63,602 nt of DNA, filler included, from 7 parts of 7 records of this genome joined end to end with filler, not necessarily neighbours in it, one strand, 5' to 3'. Shown: positions 18,126 through 26,691, numbered from the whole stretch's first letter. A program made the numbers and translations. The notes: a model not told the origin generated them from the sequence alone.

Positions 18126-19292
18126 CTAGAGCGCCAGCGATCGCTGGCGGGTGACGGCATCAATCACACGAGATGCCGCCTCGTCAATGGAAGAGATCGG
18201 GGTCAACGGCCCGAAGCTCAAACGGATCGACCGCTTCGCATCTTCCGGCTCGTACCCCATCGCCAGGATGACATGCGAGGGTTCGAGCGATCCCGCCGTG
18301 CAGGCTGAACCGCTCGAAGCGCTCACGCCAGCCAGGTCGAGCGCGAGCAACAGATCCTCGCCGCCCACTCCGTGGAAGGCGACATTGATCGTGTTGAGCA
18401 AGTGATTCTCGGGGTCCTGGCGAAGCTCGAAGCTCCCATCAAGTCCTTCCGTGAGCGCGCCGAGCAATCGCTCGCGCCGCTCGCTCAGGGCTTGCCGCCA
18501 CGCGTCGAGCTGATCGACGACCTGCAAGGCCGCAGCCCCCGCGCCCGCCGCCGCTGGCACATTCTCTGTGCCAGGACGCCTGCCGCGCTCCTGGTGACCA
18601 CCTGCGAGCATCGCCTCGAGCACGATCCCCTCGCGCACCACGATGGCGCCGATTCCTTTTGGTCCCCCCATCTTGTGCAAGGAGAGCGTCATATAATCCG
18701 CCCCGCACGCCTCGAAATCGACCGGAATCCGCCCCAACGCCTGGGTCGCGTCGGTGTGAAACAGCGCGCCGTACTCGTGACAGAGCGCCGCGATCTCGGT
18801 CACGGGATAGATATTGCCGCACTCATTATTGGCCCACATCACGCTGATCAGCGTGGCGCCAGCCTCGAGTTGTTCCTTGATCTTGTCGAGGTCGATCCTC
18901 CCGAGGCGATCCACCCCGAGCAGGGAGACCTGCACGTCCTGCTCCTGCGAACCGAGCGCCTCGACGACCTCGATCACCGAGGGATGCTCGACCGAGGAGC
19001 ACACGATATGCGGCTTCCTGCCAAGCTTTTGCTCGGCAAAAGCGGCGTGCGTTCGCAAGATTTGGTTGTTGCCTTCGGTGGCGCCGCCACACAACACGAC
19101 CGCCTGTGGCGGCGCGTTGATCGCGCGCGCTATCGCTCTGCGCGTGCGCTCGATCACCGAGCGCGCGCGTTGTCCCTCTCGGTGAATGCTCGACGCATTC
19201 CCCGGAGCATCATCCAGAGCCGCGATCATCGCCTCCTTGACCTTTGGTAGCAAAGGAGCGGTCGCGTTCCAGTCCAGGTAGATTCTGTTCAT
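18126..19292 (-). CDS. iscS: Cysteine desulfurase IscS/NifS family
   Basis: YLDWNAT, NASS, ANNECG, HTDATQ, HKMGGPKG and SSGSAC motifs; upstream of mnmA. Confidence 0.92.
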   Translation of the reverse strand: MNRIYLDWNATAPLLPKVKEAMIAALDDAPGNASSIHREGQRARSVIERTRRAIARAINAPPQAVVLCGGATEGNNQILRTHAAFAEQKLGRKPHIVCSSVEHPSVIEVVEALGSQEQDVQVSLLGVDRLGRIDLDKIKEQLEAGATLISVMWANNECGNIYPVTEIAALCHEYGALFHTDATQALGRIPVDFEACGADYMTLSLHKMGGPKGIGAIVVREGIVLEAMLAGGHQERGRRPGTENVPAAAGAGAAALQVVDQLDAWRQALSERRERLLGALTEGLDGSFELRQDPENHLLNTINVAFHGVGGEDLLLALDLAGVSASSGSACTAGSLEPSHVILAMGYEPEDAKRSIRLSFGPLTPISSIDEAASRVIDAVTRQRSLAL

Positions 19293-19512
19293 CGGAGTCG
19301 TTCCACGTGTCCCGTCAGTTCGCCAAGTCGCGAACCATGTCGTCATCTTACTCCAAGGTTTGCAAGATACAAGCGGCAAGACTTTCGCCACCACCGCTCG
19401 CAGCAAAGCCCCGGAGACCTCCCCAAACAGTGAGGCAGGAGGCAACATTCCTCTACCATGAGAAGAACCTCGCAACCTGCCTCTTAGAGGGAGTTGAAGA
19501 TATTCTCCACAT

Positions 19513-19612
19513 NNNNNNNNNNNNNNNNNNNNNNNNNNNNNNNNNNNNNNNNNNNNTTAATTAATTAANNNNNNNNNNNNNNNNNNNNNNNNNNNNNNNN
19601 NNNNNNNNNNNN
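19513..19612. other. Artificial spacer
   Basis: N-run / TTAATTAATTAA / N-run. Confidence 0.99.
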
Positions 19613-19672
19613 CTAGATTGCGAACCAGCCTGAAAGACTGAGTACACAAGGAGTTGTTTAGAGGTTCCTTAA
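19613..19672 (+). mobile_element. Possible terminal end of an IS5-type insertion sequence at the fragment edge
   Basis: A frame ends ...RLRTSLKD*, followed by GAGTTGTTTAGAGGTTCC (19651-19668) then TTAA. This resembles IS5-type IRs with YTAR targets. Only 60 bp is visible. Confidence 0.35.
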
Positions 19673-19773
19673 ACCCGAAAGGGTAATGTCACCGATCAAC
19701 TTGCATGACGAATGGCCTGCCATCCCTGGCGCGGGCTTTCGTCATGCAGGTATTTTTCCCTCCGATGCTTAAA

Positions 19774-20481
19774 TCAGCCCAGCGCGTAATCCGCCTGCGG
19801 CGTTTCACTGGTAGCGCTTTGCAATTGCTCCACCAAGGCATCCACCTCCTGCTCGGCCTGACGAATCGACGCGGCCAACCGTTCCCCGCCTTCTTCCTGA
19901 TGCTCAACCGCAATGGAGTGAATGCGGGTAATGCCGATAAACTCCAGCACGGTAGTGAGGCCCGGTTCCAAGTGATTCAGGTGGGCCAGATCGCCGCCGG
20001 GATTGAAGCCCGCGCCACCCCGTGACGACAGGATGACCGCGTGGCGAGGACGATCAGCCAACAGCGGGGTGAACGGATCCTCCGGCCGGGTTTCGTCATA
20101 CTCCACCGTGCGGCCCATGCGCACTATCTGGTCCACCCAAGCCTTCAGCGCAGCGGGCATACCGAAGTTATAAAGCGGCGCGCCGATGACCAGCACATCT
20201 GCCGCAATCAGCTCCTCAATTAATTGATCGCTTTCGGCCAGCACGCCTGCCATCCAGGGCTTCTGATGGGCGGCGGGCGTAAAGGCCGCTTCGATCCAGG
20301 GTTGGTCGATAATGGTCGGAGGGGAAGCGCCCAGATCCCGCCGGGTGACGGCGGTGTTTGCCGAGGCCGCTTGCCAGCGGCTGATGAAGCGTTGCGTCAG
20401 GCGGCGGCTGATGGAGCCGTGGGCATCTTGACCGGCAAGGCCGGGGCGGGCGCTGGCATCCAGTTGCAGAAGGTGAGTCAT
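19774..20481 (-). CDS. azoR: FMN-dependent NADH-azoreductase (flavodoxin-like fold)
   Basis: LLQLDASAR, PLYNFGMPAALKAWVD and SSRGG motifs; AGGAG Shine-Dalgarno before ATG 20481. Confidence 0.88.
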   Translation of the reverse strand: MTHLLQLDASARPGLAGQDAHGSISRRLTQRFISRWQAASANTAVTRRDLGASPPTIIDQPWIEAAFTPAAHQKPWMAGVLAESDQLIEELIAADVLVIGAPLYNFGMPAALKAWVDQIVRMGRTVEYDETRPEDPFTPLLADRPRHAVILSSRGGAGFNPGGDLAHLNHLEPGLTTVLEFIGITRIHSIAVEHQEEGGERLAASIRQAEQEVDALVEQLQSATSETPQADYALG

Positions 20482-20499
20482 GGGTGGCTCCTTGTTTTG

Positions 20500-20600
20500 T
20501 GAGTTGAACTCATTCATCGTTAAGTACAAGACAAGCCTAGTGCTGCCCAATAAGGCGCCACAAACGATCATTATTTTCATTAATGGATGAGTTTAATTCA
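20500..20600. promoter_or_regulatory. Paired LysR T-N11-A boxes
   Basis: Perfect palindrome TGAGTT-G-AACTCA (20500-20512) and related TGAGTTTAATTCA (20588-20600) between the divergent azoR and LysR genes. Confidence 0.6.
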
Positions 20601-20603
20601 GTC

Positions 20604-21572
20604 ATGAGCCCTCGCCGGTTACCGTCTCTTTCTGCCTTGCGTGCTTTTGAAGCCGCCGCCCGCCATGAAAGTGCCAAGCAGGCCGCCAGTGAGTTGTCTG
20701 TGACGGCCACGGCCATCAGCCACCATATTCGGGGCCTTGAGGAATCGCTGGGCGTGGCGCTGTTCGTGCGCAAGCCCCGGCAATTGTTGCTGACACCCCA
20801 GGGCCGGGAACTGTTTGTGTCACTGGAGGCCGCCTTCGACAGCATTGGTGACGCGGTGGACCGCGTGAAAGCGGCGCCGACCCGGCTGGCAGCAACGCTG
20901 TCCACCACGCCAGCGGTGGCCGTGCGCTGGCTGTTGTCGTGGGTCTGCATGCTGCGTGATGCGCACCCGGAAATAGACCTGCGCATCCATGCCTCCCATG
21001 AACCGGTTGCCCTGGACGGGGTCACCGCCGACCTGGCCATCCGTTATGGCGATGGCCACTGGCCGGGGCTGGTGGCGGAGAAGCTGTTCGATAACACCTT
21101 TATTCCGGCTTGCAGCCCTTATCTGAAACTGGACAACGTGGCGGGCTTAACCGACCACCCCCTGATTCACTTTCGCCCACACGGTGCCCTGGCGGCTCCC
21201 ATGGACTGGGCCGGTTGGCAAAAACGGGCCCAGGTGGCGGGGCTGGATGTCAGCGCCGGGCTGGTATTTTCCGACGAAACCCACGCCATCTCCGCCGCCA
21301 TCGGCGGGCAGGGCGTGGCCCTGATGAGCCGAACCCTGATTGCCGACGAATTGGAGGAGGGGCGATTGGTGCAGCCCTTCGGCCCGGAACTGGAAGGCAA
21401 ACCGTTCTATCTGGTGTACCCGGAAAATCGTCGGGATGAGCCGGTGATTAGAGCGATTCGGGATTGGGTGATGGAGGTGCCGGGCGGGTTGTGTAACGGA
21501 CTCGAGCGGGGCGCCGATGCGTCTGAGTGGTTTGACTCGAAGAGTGCTGCACCGGGCCTGGATTCGCCTTGA
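20604..21572 (+). CDS. LysR-family regulator (GcvA-like)
   Basis: LPSLSALRAFEAAARH HTH, DLAIRYG and GQGVAL motifs. Alternative start at 20583. Confidence 0.92.
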   Translation: MSPRRLPSLSALRAFEAAARHESAKQAASELSVTATAISHHIRGLEESLGVALFVRKPRQLLLTPQGRELFVSLEAAFDSIGDAVDRVKAAPTRLAATLSTTPAVAVRWLLSWVCMLRDAHPEIDLRIHASHEPVALDGVTADLAIRYGDGHWPGLVAEKLFDNTFIPACSPYLKLDNVAGLTDHPLIHFRPHGALAAPMDWAGWQKRAQVAGLDVSAGLVFSDETHAISAAIGGQGVALMSRTLIADELEEGRLVQPFGPELEGKPFYLVYPENRRDEPVIRAIRDWVMEVPGGLCNGLERGADASEWFDSKSAAPGLDSP

Positions 21573-21680
21573 ATCATTGAACGATCCCCGCCGCTTTTGC
21601 ACCACAACGGCACACCGGTGCGAGCATATTGAGCACCAAAAGTGCGCAAATCAGGCTGTTAAGCTGCGCCAGGCGGCAGG

Positions 21681-22100
21681 TTAGCCCGCCTTTTGGCACA
21701 GCTCGGCCAGCTTCTGGTCCAGCATATTGAGGATGTGGCGGCGGCTGATCACGCCCACCACCTTGTTGGCGGCATCCACCACCGGGTAGATCTTGGGCTT
21801 GGCGGCCAGCATCTGCTGGGCCAGGTTCAGCACATCATCGGTGAGCGATACCGTCAGCACTTCGCTTTGCATCAAGTCCTTAACCGTGGCCACGCGCTGG
21901 TTGTGATACACCACCTGCAGCGCCGCCTGCAGGCATTCGCGCTCACTGATCCAGCCCACCAGCGTACCGGCGCTATCGGTGACCGGGCTGCCCAGCATGT
22001 CCAGTTTGATCAGGTTGCTGGAGGCTTCCACCACCGGCATCTCCGGGTGAATCGTCGCAAAACGCGTGCACATCAGGTCTTTGATCGATACAGAATCCAT
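21681..22100 (-). CDS. CBS-pair protein
   Basis: Two CBS repeats (PVTDSAGTLVGWISE; PVVDAANKVVGVISRR). Confidence 0.85.
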   Translation of the reverse strand: MDSVSIKDLMCTRFATIHPEMPVVEASSNLIKLDMLGSPVTDSAGTLVGWISERECLQAALQVVYHNQRVATVKDLMQSEVLTVSLTDDVLNLAQQMLAAKPKIYPVVDAANKVVGVISRRHILNMLDQKLAELCQKAG

Positions 22101-22221
22101 GGGGCTTACCTCTTGCTCTGGTCCGGGACCACAAAGGGTTCGGCCAGCACTTTCGCCGGCCACCAGGCAAATTACTGCGGGAACCATGCCAACTTGCCGC
22201 AAGCGATGCTGGCTCCCTTTT

Positions 22222-22246
22222 GTAGGAGCGCCACTTGAGGTGCGAA
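22222..22246 (+). repeat. GTAG-type REP
   Basis: GTAGGA-GCGCC-ACTTGA-GGTGC-GAA; related copy at 23223. Confidence 0.6.
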
Positions 22247-22275
22247 CTTTTACTCCCTGCCAAAAATAACGTTGC

Positions 22276-22306
22276 TTGACCTAAAGCCGACTTGAAGTGG
22301 CAAGCT
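22276..22306 (+). promoter_or_regulatory. MerR/SoxR-type promoter with 19-bp spacer
   Basis: TTGACC-N19-CAAGCT containing the dyad CCTAAAGCCGACTTGAAG, similar to the SoxR box CCTCAAGTTAACTTGAGG. Confidence 0.55.
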
Positions 22307-22339
22307 AACCGGTAATATCAAGGCGACGCCTCCTGGAGA

Positions 22340-23194
22340 GTGAGCATGAACGGTTCAACAGAGACACCCGACAACCCGTCCACGCTGTGGAAAAGCGTGG
22401 GTGGGCGCAACTGGGTGGAATCCCAGCAGCTGATTGATCACCTGTTCAAACCCATCGAGGGGCTGCTGGCCGAAGCGGTGGAATGCCAGTCGCCGCAGCG
22501 CGTTCTCGATATCGGCTGCGGCACCGGTGGCACAACCCGTGCGATCAGCCGTTATACCCGGGGTGCGGGGCTGGCAACGGGCGTCGACATTTCCGAGGTC
22601 ATGATCGAGGCGGCACGGCAGGGTACGGAAAAGAACGGCGCAGAAAAGGCGGGCGTAGAGTTTATCTGTGCCGATGCAGAGACCCATGATTTAGGTGAAG
22701 GCCGGTACGACATGCTGGTCTCGCGCTTCGGCATCATGTTCTTCGACGATCCCATCAAGGCCTTCCAGAACCTGAGGCGTGCCGCTACCACAGACGCCCC
22801 TGGGCTGTTCGTCGCCTGGCGCTCCCCGCAAGAAAACCCCTTCATGACCGCCGCTGCCCGGGCGGCCAAATCCATGGTCACGCTGCCACAACAAGCCCCG
22901 GACGCCCCCGGGCAGTTCGCCTTCGCAGACGCTAAACGCGTGGAAAGCATTCTGGATTCAGCGGGGTGGAATCACATCCGCATCGAACCACTGGATTTCG
23001 AGTGCACCTTCCCCGAGAGCGAGCTGGTCGGCTACTTCACCCGCCTGGGCCCGCTCGGCCGCGTTTTCCAGGACCTGGACGAAAAGACACAAGCCCGACT
23101 GATTACCGTAGTCAGAGAAGCCTTCGAGCCCTTTGTGTTCGGCGATACCGTGAAATTCAACGCTGCCTGTTGGCAGATCAAGGCGCGGGCATAG
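22340..23194 (+). CDS. Class I SAM-dependent methyltransferase
   Basis: VLDIGCGTG, GVDIS, CADA and SRFGIMFF motifs. Confidence 0.9.
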   Translation: MSMNGSTETPDNPSTLWKSVGGRNWVESQQLIDHLFKPIEGLLAEAVECQSPQRVLDIGCGTGGTTRAISRYTRGAGLATGVDISEVMIEAARQGTEKNGAEKAGVEFICADAETHDLGEGRYDMLVSRFGIMFFDDPIKAFQNLRRAATTDAPGLFVAWRSPQENPFMTAAARAAKSMVTLPQQAPDAPGQFAFADAKRVESILDSAGWNHIRIEPLDFECTFPESELVGYFTRLGPLGRVFQDLDEKTQARLITVVREAFEPFVFGDTVKFNAACWQIKARA

Positions 23195-23222
23195 GGAAGA
23201 ACCGCCACTCCACAAACCACCT

Positions 23223-23247
23223 GTAGGAGCCCCGCTCGAGGGGCGAA
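23223..23247 (+). repeat. GTAG-type REP
   Basis: GTAGGA-GCCCC-GCTCGA-GGGGC-GAA, perfect 5-bp stem. Confidence 0.65.
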
Positions 23248-23483
23248 CCCTCCTTTCTATCTCTTACCCCCAACGCAGAAACAAAGCCCCTGAAGCTTAT
23301 TCATTTATTTGCGCCCTAAGATTGTGTACATTCGGAACTGGATCACAAATAGAAAGATACCAATAACAACGGCTGGCCAGGGTGGCACGGCCTGAAGCGT
23401 GACTCAGGGGAAGGGATGCCAGTCCGGTTATCACCATATTCAGCACCACTGCGCCCGTTTACTGCCGAACGGGAGATAAGCCT

Positions 23484-24257
23484 GTGGAATTAGGCGTTCT
23501 ACTGGCTATCGCCATTGGCGTCATGCTGATCCTGGCCCAACAGAAACGGGCCGGCGGCGGAGCGTCTACCTTCGGCTATCGCCGCAAACCCTATCTGCTT
23601 TCCAAAGCCGAACGCTCCTTCTACGGCGTGCTTGCTCAAGCCGTGGGCGACAAGGCCCTCATCTTCTCCAAAGTCCGCGTGGCGGATGTGCTTGCTCCCC
23701 AGAAAGGCCTCAACCGGTCCGGCTGGCAACAAGCCTTCAACCAGATTTCCGCCAAGCACGCCGATTTCCTCCTCTGCGACCCACAAGACTGCGCCGTAAA
23801 ACTGGCTATTGAGTTGGACGATGCCAGCCATGGTTCAGCCAAACGACAGAAGCGCGATGCCTTTCTGGAACAAGCCTGTGAGTCGTCTGGGTTGCCTCTG
23901 ATGAGGATCAGGGCGGCCAGAGGATATGGGGTGGCAGATATTCGTCAGCAGGTTGAAACGGTGCTTTTTCCTGTGCAGTGCGACTCGTCCTTAGAGAAAC
24001 CAGAACAGCTTGAAGGGCAGGGCGTTGAAGTAACAGTCAGTGAGCAGGAAATGGCAGATAGCCAGACCGAGGGACAAGCAGGTAAGCCGATAGAGGCTCC
24101 CGTTAGTGTCGAAGTCGCTGCTCAACCCGTTACGCCTGCTTGTCATCAGTGTGGTGAGGTGATGGTGCTGCGCAAAGCTCGCTCGGGGAAGAATGCAGGG
24201 CAGCAGTTTTGGGGGTGTTGTGCATTTCCTAAGTGTCGGGGAGCGGTGAAGTGTTGA
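23484..24257 (+). CDS. Membrane-anchored DUF2726 protein with C-terminal topoisomerase-type C4 zinc ribbon
   Basis: N-terminal TM; LLSKAERSFY..L, KVRVADVL, KHADFLLCD, IELDDASH and RD motifs; CHQCG...FWGC..FPKC. Confidence 0.85.
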   Translation: MELGVLLAIAIGVMLILAQQKRAGGGASTFGYRRKPYLLSKAERSFYGVLAQAVGDKALIFSKVRVADVLAPQKGLNRSGWQQAFNQISAKHADFLLCDPQDCAVKLAIELDDASHGSAKRQKRDAFLEQACESSGLPLMRIRAARGYGVADIRQQVETVLFPVQCDSSLEKPEQLEGQGVEVTVSEQEMADSQTEGQAGKPIEAPVSVEVAAQPVTPACHQCGEVMVLRKARSGKNAGQQFWGCCAFPKCRGAVKC

Positions 24258-24265
24258 GTCGTAGG

Positions 24266-24324
24266 CGCACGGGGCAAGACCTGACCCCAATGTTAAATGG
24301 GAAATGGGAGACCTGACACCAATG
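24266..24324 (+). repeat. Left inverted repeat (24266-24288) plus internal direct partial copy (24309-24324)
   Basis: CGCACGGGGCAAGACCTGACCCC is the exact reverse complement of 26560-26582. AGACCTGACCCCAATG (24277-24292) recurs as AGACCTGACACCAATG 32 bp later. Confidence 0.9.
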
Positions 24325-24457
24325 CATTTCCAGGTTCACCGTTTCCCATATCGGATGCAAGATATATTGTATGCTTTAGGTCGCTCTGTACTTGTTAATG
24401 TCGGTAAAGTCCTCTCCAGTATTAAGGTTGCAGATACCATAATTTAAGGGATCAAAA

Positions 24458-26431
24458 ATGTTTGATAATTTCGACCCACTAAAGTTTGATCACAATCAAC
24501 CAGTTGATGAAAGCACGCTCACGAAAAGATATAAGAGAAGTATTCATTCTATCCTTCACTCATATGTTGGGTGGTACGACCCATTCGCTGAACTAATACA
24601 AAACGCTTTGGATTCAGTAGAAAAGCGCTCTAAACAGTCAGATCATGACAAAGTTGTTAGGGTAATTATCGACGAAAAAAATCTTCAGCTGACTGTGTCT
24701 GATAACGGAACCGGTCTTGATAAATCCTCATTTGAGAAATTCTTAGCCCCGCACGAGTCTTTTAAAGAGGCTGGAGAAAGGGGAAGCAAAGGTGTTGGTG
24801 CGACATATTTAGCATACGGGTTCAACTACATAAGAATTGACACTAAAACGAAACATTTTTCCGCATGCGGCGAAATGGAAGGCGCACGTAACTGGCTTCA
24901 CGAGGAGAACACCAGCTCGAACCCCCAGGTTTTTCCCACAAAAAACGAACATGTCGACGCTGAATTCTCGAATTTTGATCACGGCGTTTCAATAACGGTC
25001 CGATTCGATAAGTCCACAAAACCGTACAAGCTATCCTGGCCAGGTTTAAAAAATGCATACTCTTGGTATGTAGCATTAGCCGTAAAGACGGCTATCGGTT
25101 CAGTATCTTGGCCAAGTGATGTTGATATCACGGTCGTACATATCGACGGAAGCGGCAGTCGAACTCAACACAAAAGTTCAAGAACCGGTTATATGCTTCC
25201 TCATGAACATTTCGATAAAAAAGCAGAGTATGCTAAAACTATTGAATTGATAGAGGGGAATGTAAAGAAAAAAGGTGCGGCTGCGAAACTTCCCGCAAAC
25301 ATACGAAATTTGGATGCGGTTTTCTTTTCCTGGAGCAGTGAGGAAATAATTAAAAATGTTGAAAGTCTGACTGATTCAGAGATAGAAGACATAAAGCACT
25401 ATCAGATTAAGGTTTTGGGCTCATTTATGTCAGGCGCAAAAGCTTGGCGAAGGATAGCTGAAAATAAATTAGGGTATAGGCCGAACGCCAACATTTACTC
25501 TCCCGGAATTCAAATGGCGGCTGACAATATGCCTCAAGGCGAAATGATTCAGATCCCATTGGATAGATATATTGGCCGGCAAAATCAAGTCCATATCGTC
25601 GTTCATTTTAACAACTGCGTGGTAGATCTTGGGCGTAAGGGGTTTGATCGTGATCTTGTTGAAACAGCCAAGTCAATATCAAAAAAAATTGTTGAGAAAA
25701 ACTTCACTAAAATAAGAGACTGTCTTAGAAATGAAGATGTTAAGAAGAAGAATGTTCTCCAGGGAGACAAGGTAGATAGCTGGAAAAAGGCACTTGAAAG
25801 TCACGAAGAAGAGTCTCCGCTATCGTTGACGAATGAAAACTTCTTTATTCCTGTAAACGAGATTTCAATCTCCTCAGAACCATCAAGAGAGCAAGATGTA
25901 ATCGCACTTTTTAATCAATTAGTGGCAGGCGGAGTCATACGTGGTTTAAAGGTTGTGGGCACAAATGAAATGAGCACTTACGATGGGGCATATAGAATCC
26001 GAATAGGACCTAACTTTACGGATCACGTATTTAATGCCGAGAAAAATCCGCTTGGCATATCCGACGAAATGGCAGGAGATTATGAGGAGGAAGAGCCAGA
26101 AGGATTTGTCTCTTCAAAACTTTATGTTCTTGAGTATAAATTCTCACTCGACGGGCTTATCAGCGATATCACGACGGGTGATAAGAAAGCTGCCGATATT
26201 GATCTTGTAGTAGCCTGGGAGCCAGGCGCTGACTATCGAAAATTTTTTACGATTACCTCATTGCTAGAGCCTCAGGGTTCTGAAGACAGGCATTTTCATG
26301 GAGTGACCCATGTTTTACTAGATGAACATGGAAACCATGTCATGGATATGATTTTACTCCGAGACCTAATAGGGCACCTAAACAATCCTTCGGAGGAGGC
26401 TGAAAGACAAGCTGAATACGACGATGACTGA
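24458..26431 (+). CDS. GHKL (Hsp90/MutL/MORC-like) ATPase fused to a predicted PD-(D/E)xK nuclease domain
   Basis: Bergerat motifs E45-LIQ-N49-AL-D52, D82-NGTG and G109-SKGVG. C-terminal PSRE478QDVIALF...YD509...VLE559YK561...IDLVVAWE. Clearly AT-rich (a sampled 60-bp line is 37% GC) against GC-rich flanks. Confidence 0.8.
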   Translation: MFDNFDPLKFDHNQPVDESTLTKRYKRSIHSILHSYVGWYDPFAELIQNALDSVEKRSKQSDHDKVVRVIIDEKNLQLTVSDNGTGLDKSSFEKFLAPHESFKEAGERGSKGVGATYLAYGFNYIRIDTKTKHFSACGEMEGARNWLHEENTSSNPQVFPTKNEHVDAEFSNFDHGVSITVRFDKSTKPYKLSWPGLKNAYSWYVALAVKTAIGSVSWPSDVDITVVHIDGSGSRTQHKSSRTGYMLPHEHFDKKAEYAKTIELIEGNVKKKGAAAKLPANIRNLDAVFFSWSSEEIIKNVESLTDSEIEDIKHYQIKVLGSFMSGAKAWRRIAENKLGYRPNANIYSPGIQMAADNMPQGEMIQIPLDRYIGRQNQVHIVVHFNNCVVDLGRKGFDRDLVETAKSISKKIVEKNFTKIRDCLRNEDVKKKNVLQGDKVDSWKKALESHEEESPLSLTNENFFIPVNEISISSEPSREQDVIALFNQLVAGGVIRGLKVVGTNEMSTYDGAYRIRIGPNFTDHVFNAEKNPLGISDEMAGDYEEEEPEGFVSSKLYVLEYKFSLDGLISDITTGDKKAADIDLVVAWEPGADYRKFFTITSLLEPQGSEDRHFHGVTHVLLDEHGNHVMDMILLRDLIGHLNNPSEEAERQAEYDDD

Positions 26432-26531
26432 TCAAAAGCGAAGAGGGTGTTCAAAACTCTGTGTCACAGCCAGCAGCCTCACAGGCTGATGTATTCGCAG
26501 CACACACAACAGGACACCCATCAATTAGCAC

Positions 26532-26582
26532 GGGCTCGGGGTCAAGCAAGAGGGGGCTCGGGGTCAGGTCTTGCCCCGTGCG
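26532..26582 (-). repeat. Right inverted repeat (26560-26582) plus internal direct partial copy
   Basis: GGGGTCAGGTCTTGCCCCGTGCG. GGGCTCGGGGTCA occurs at 26532-26544 and 26554-26566 (22-bp period). Confidence 0.9.
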
Positions 26583-26691
26583 TCAACCCGTTACCAGAGG
26601 GGCCAGAAAATCTATCATTCCGCCGACGGTGAACAGAAATACCGGTTCCCCGTTGCTCAAATACACCCTGATCCAGTTGTGAACTATCGCT

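Noticed and set aside
22340-23194. Methyltransferase as cognate DNA methylase for the ATPase-nuclease
   Set aside because: It lacks DNA-MTase catalytic motifs (DPPY/NPPY or PCQ in context), looks like a small-molecule class I enzyme, and lies outside the IRs.
24253-24265. Apparent 5-bp extension of the IR (GTTGA / TCAAC) and a GTAG just outside the left IR
   Set aside because: The extension needs an 8-nt gap and includes the upstream stop codon; both could be chance.
24277-24324. Direct repeats as a mini CRISPR array or integron attC site
   Set aside because: Only two 16-bp copies with a 16-bp gap, no cas genes, no integrase, and no attC RYYYAAC...GTTRRRY structure found.
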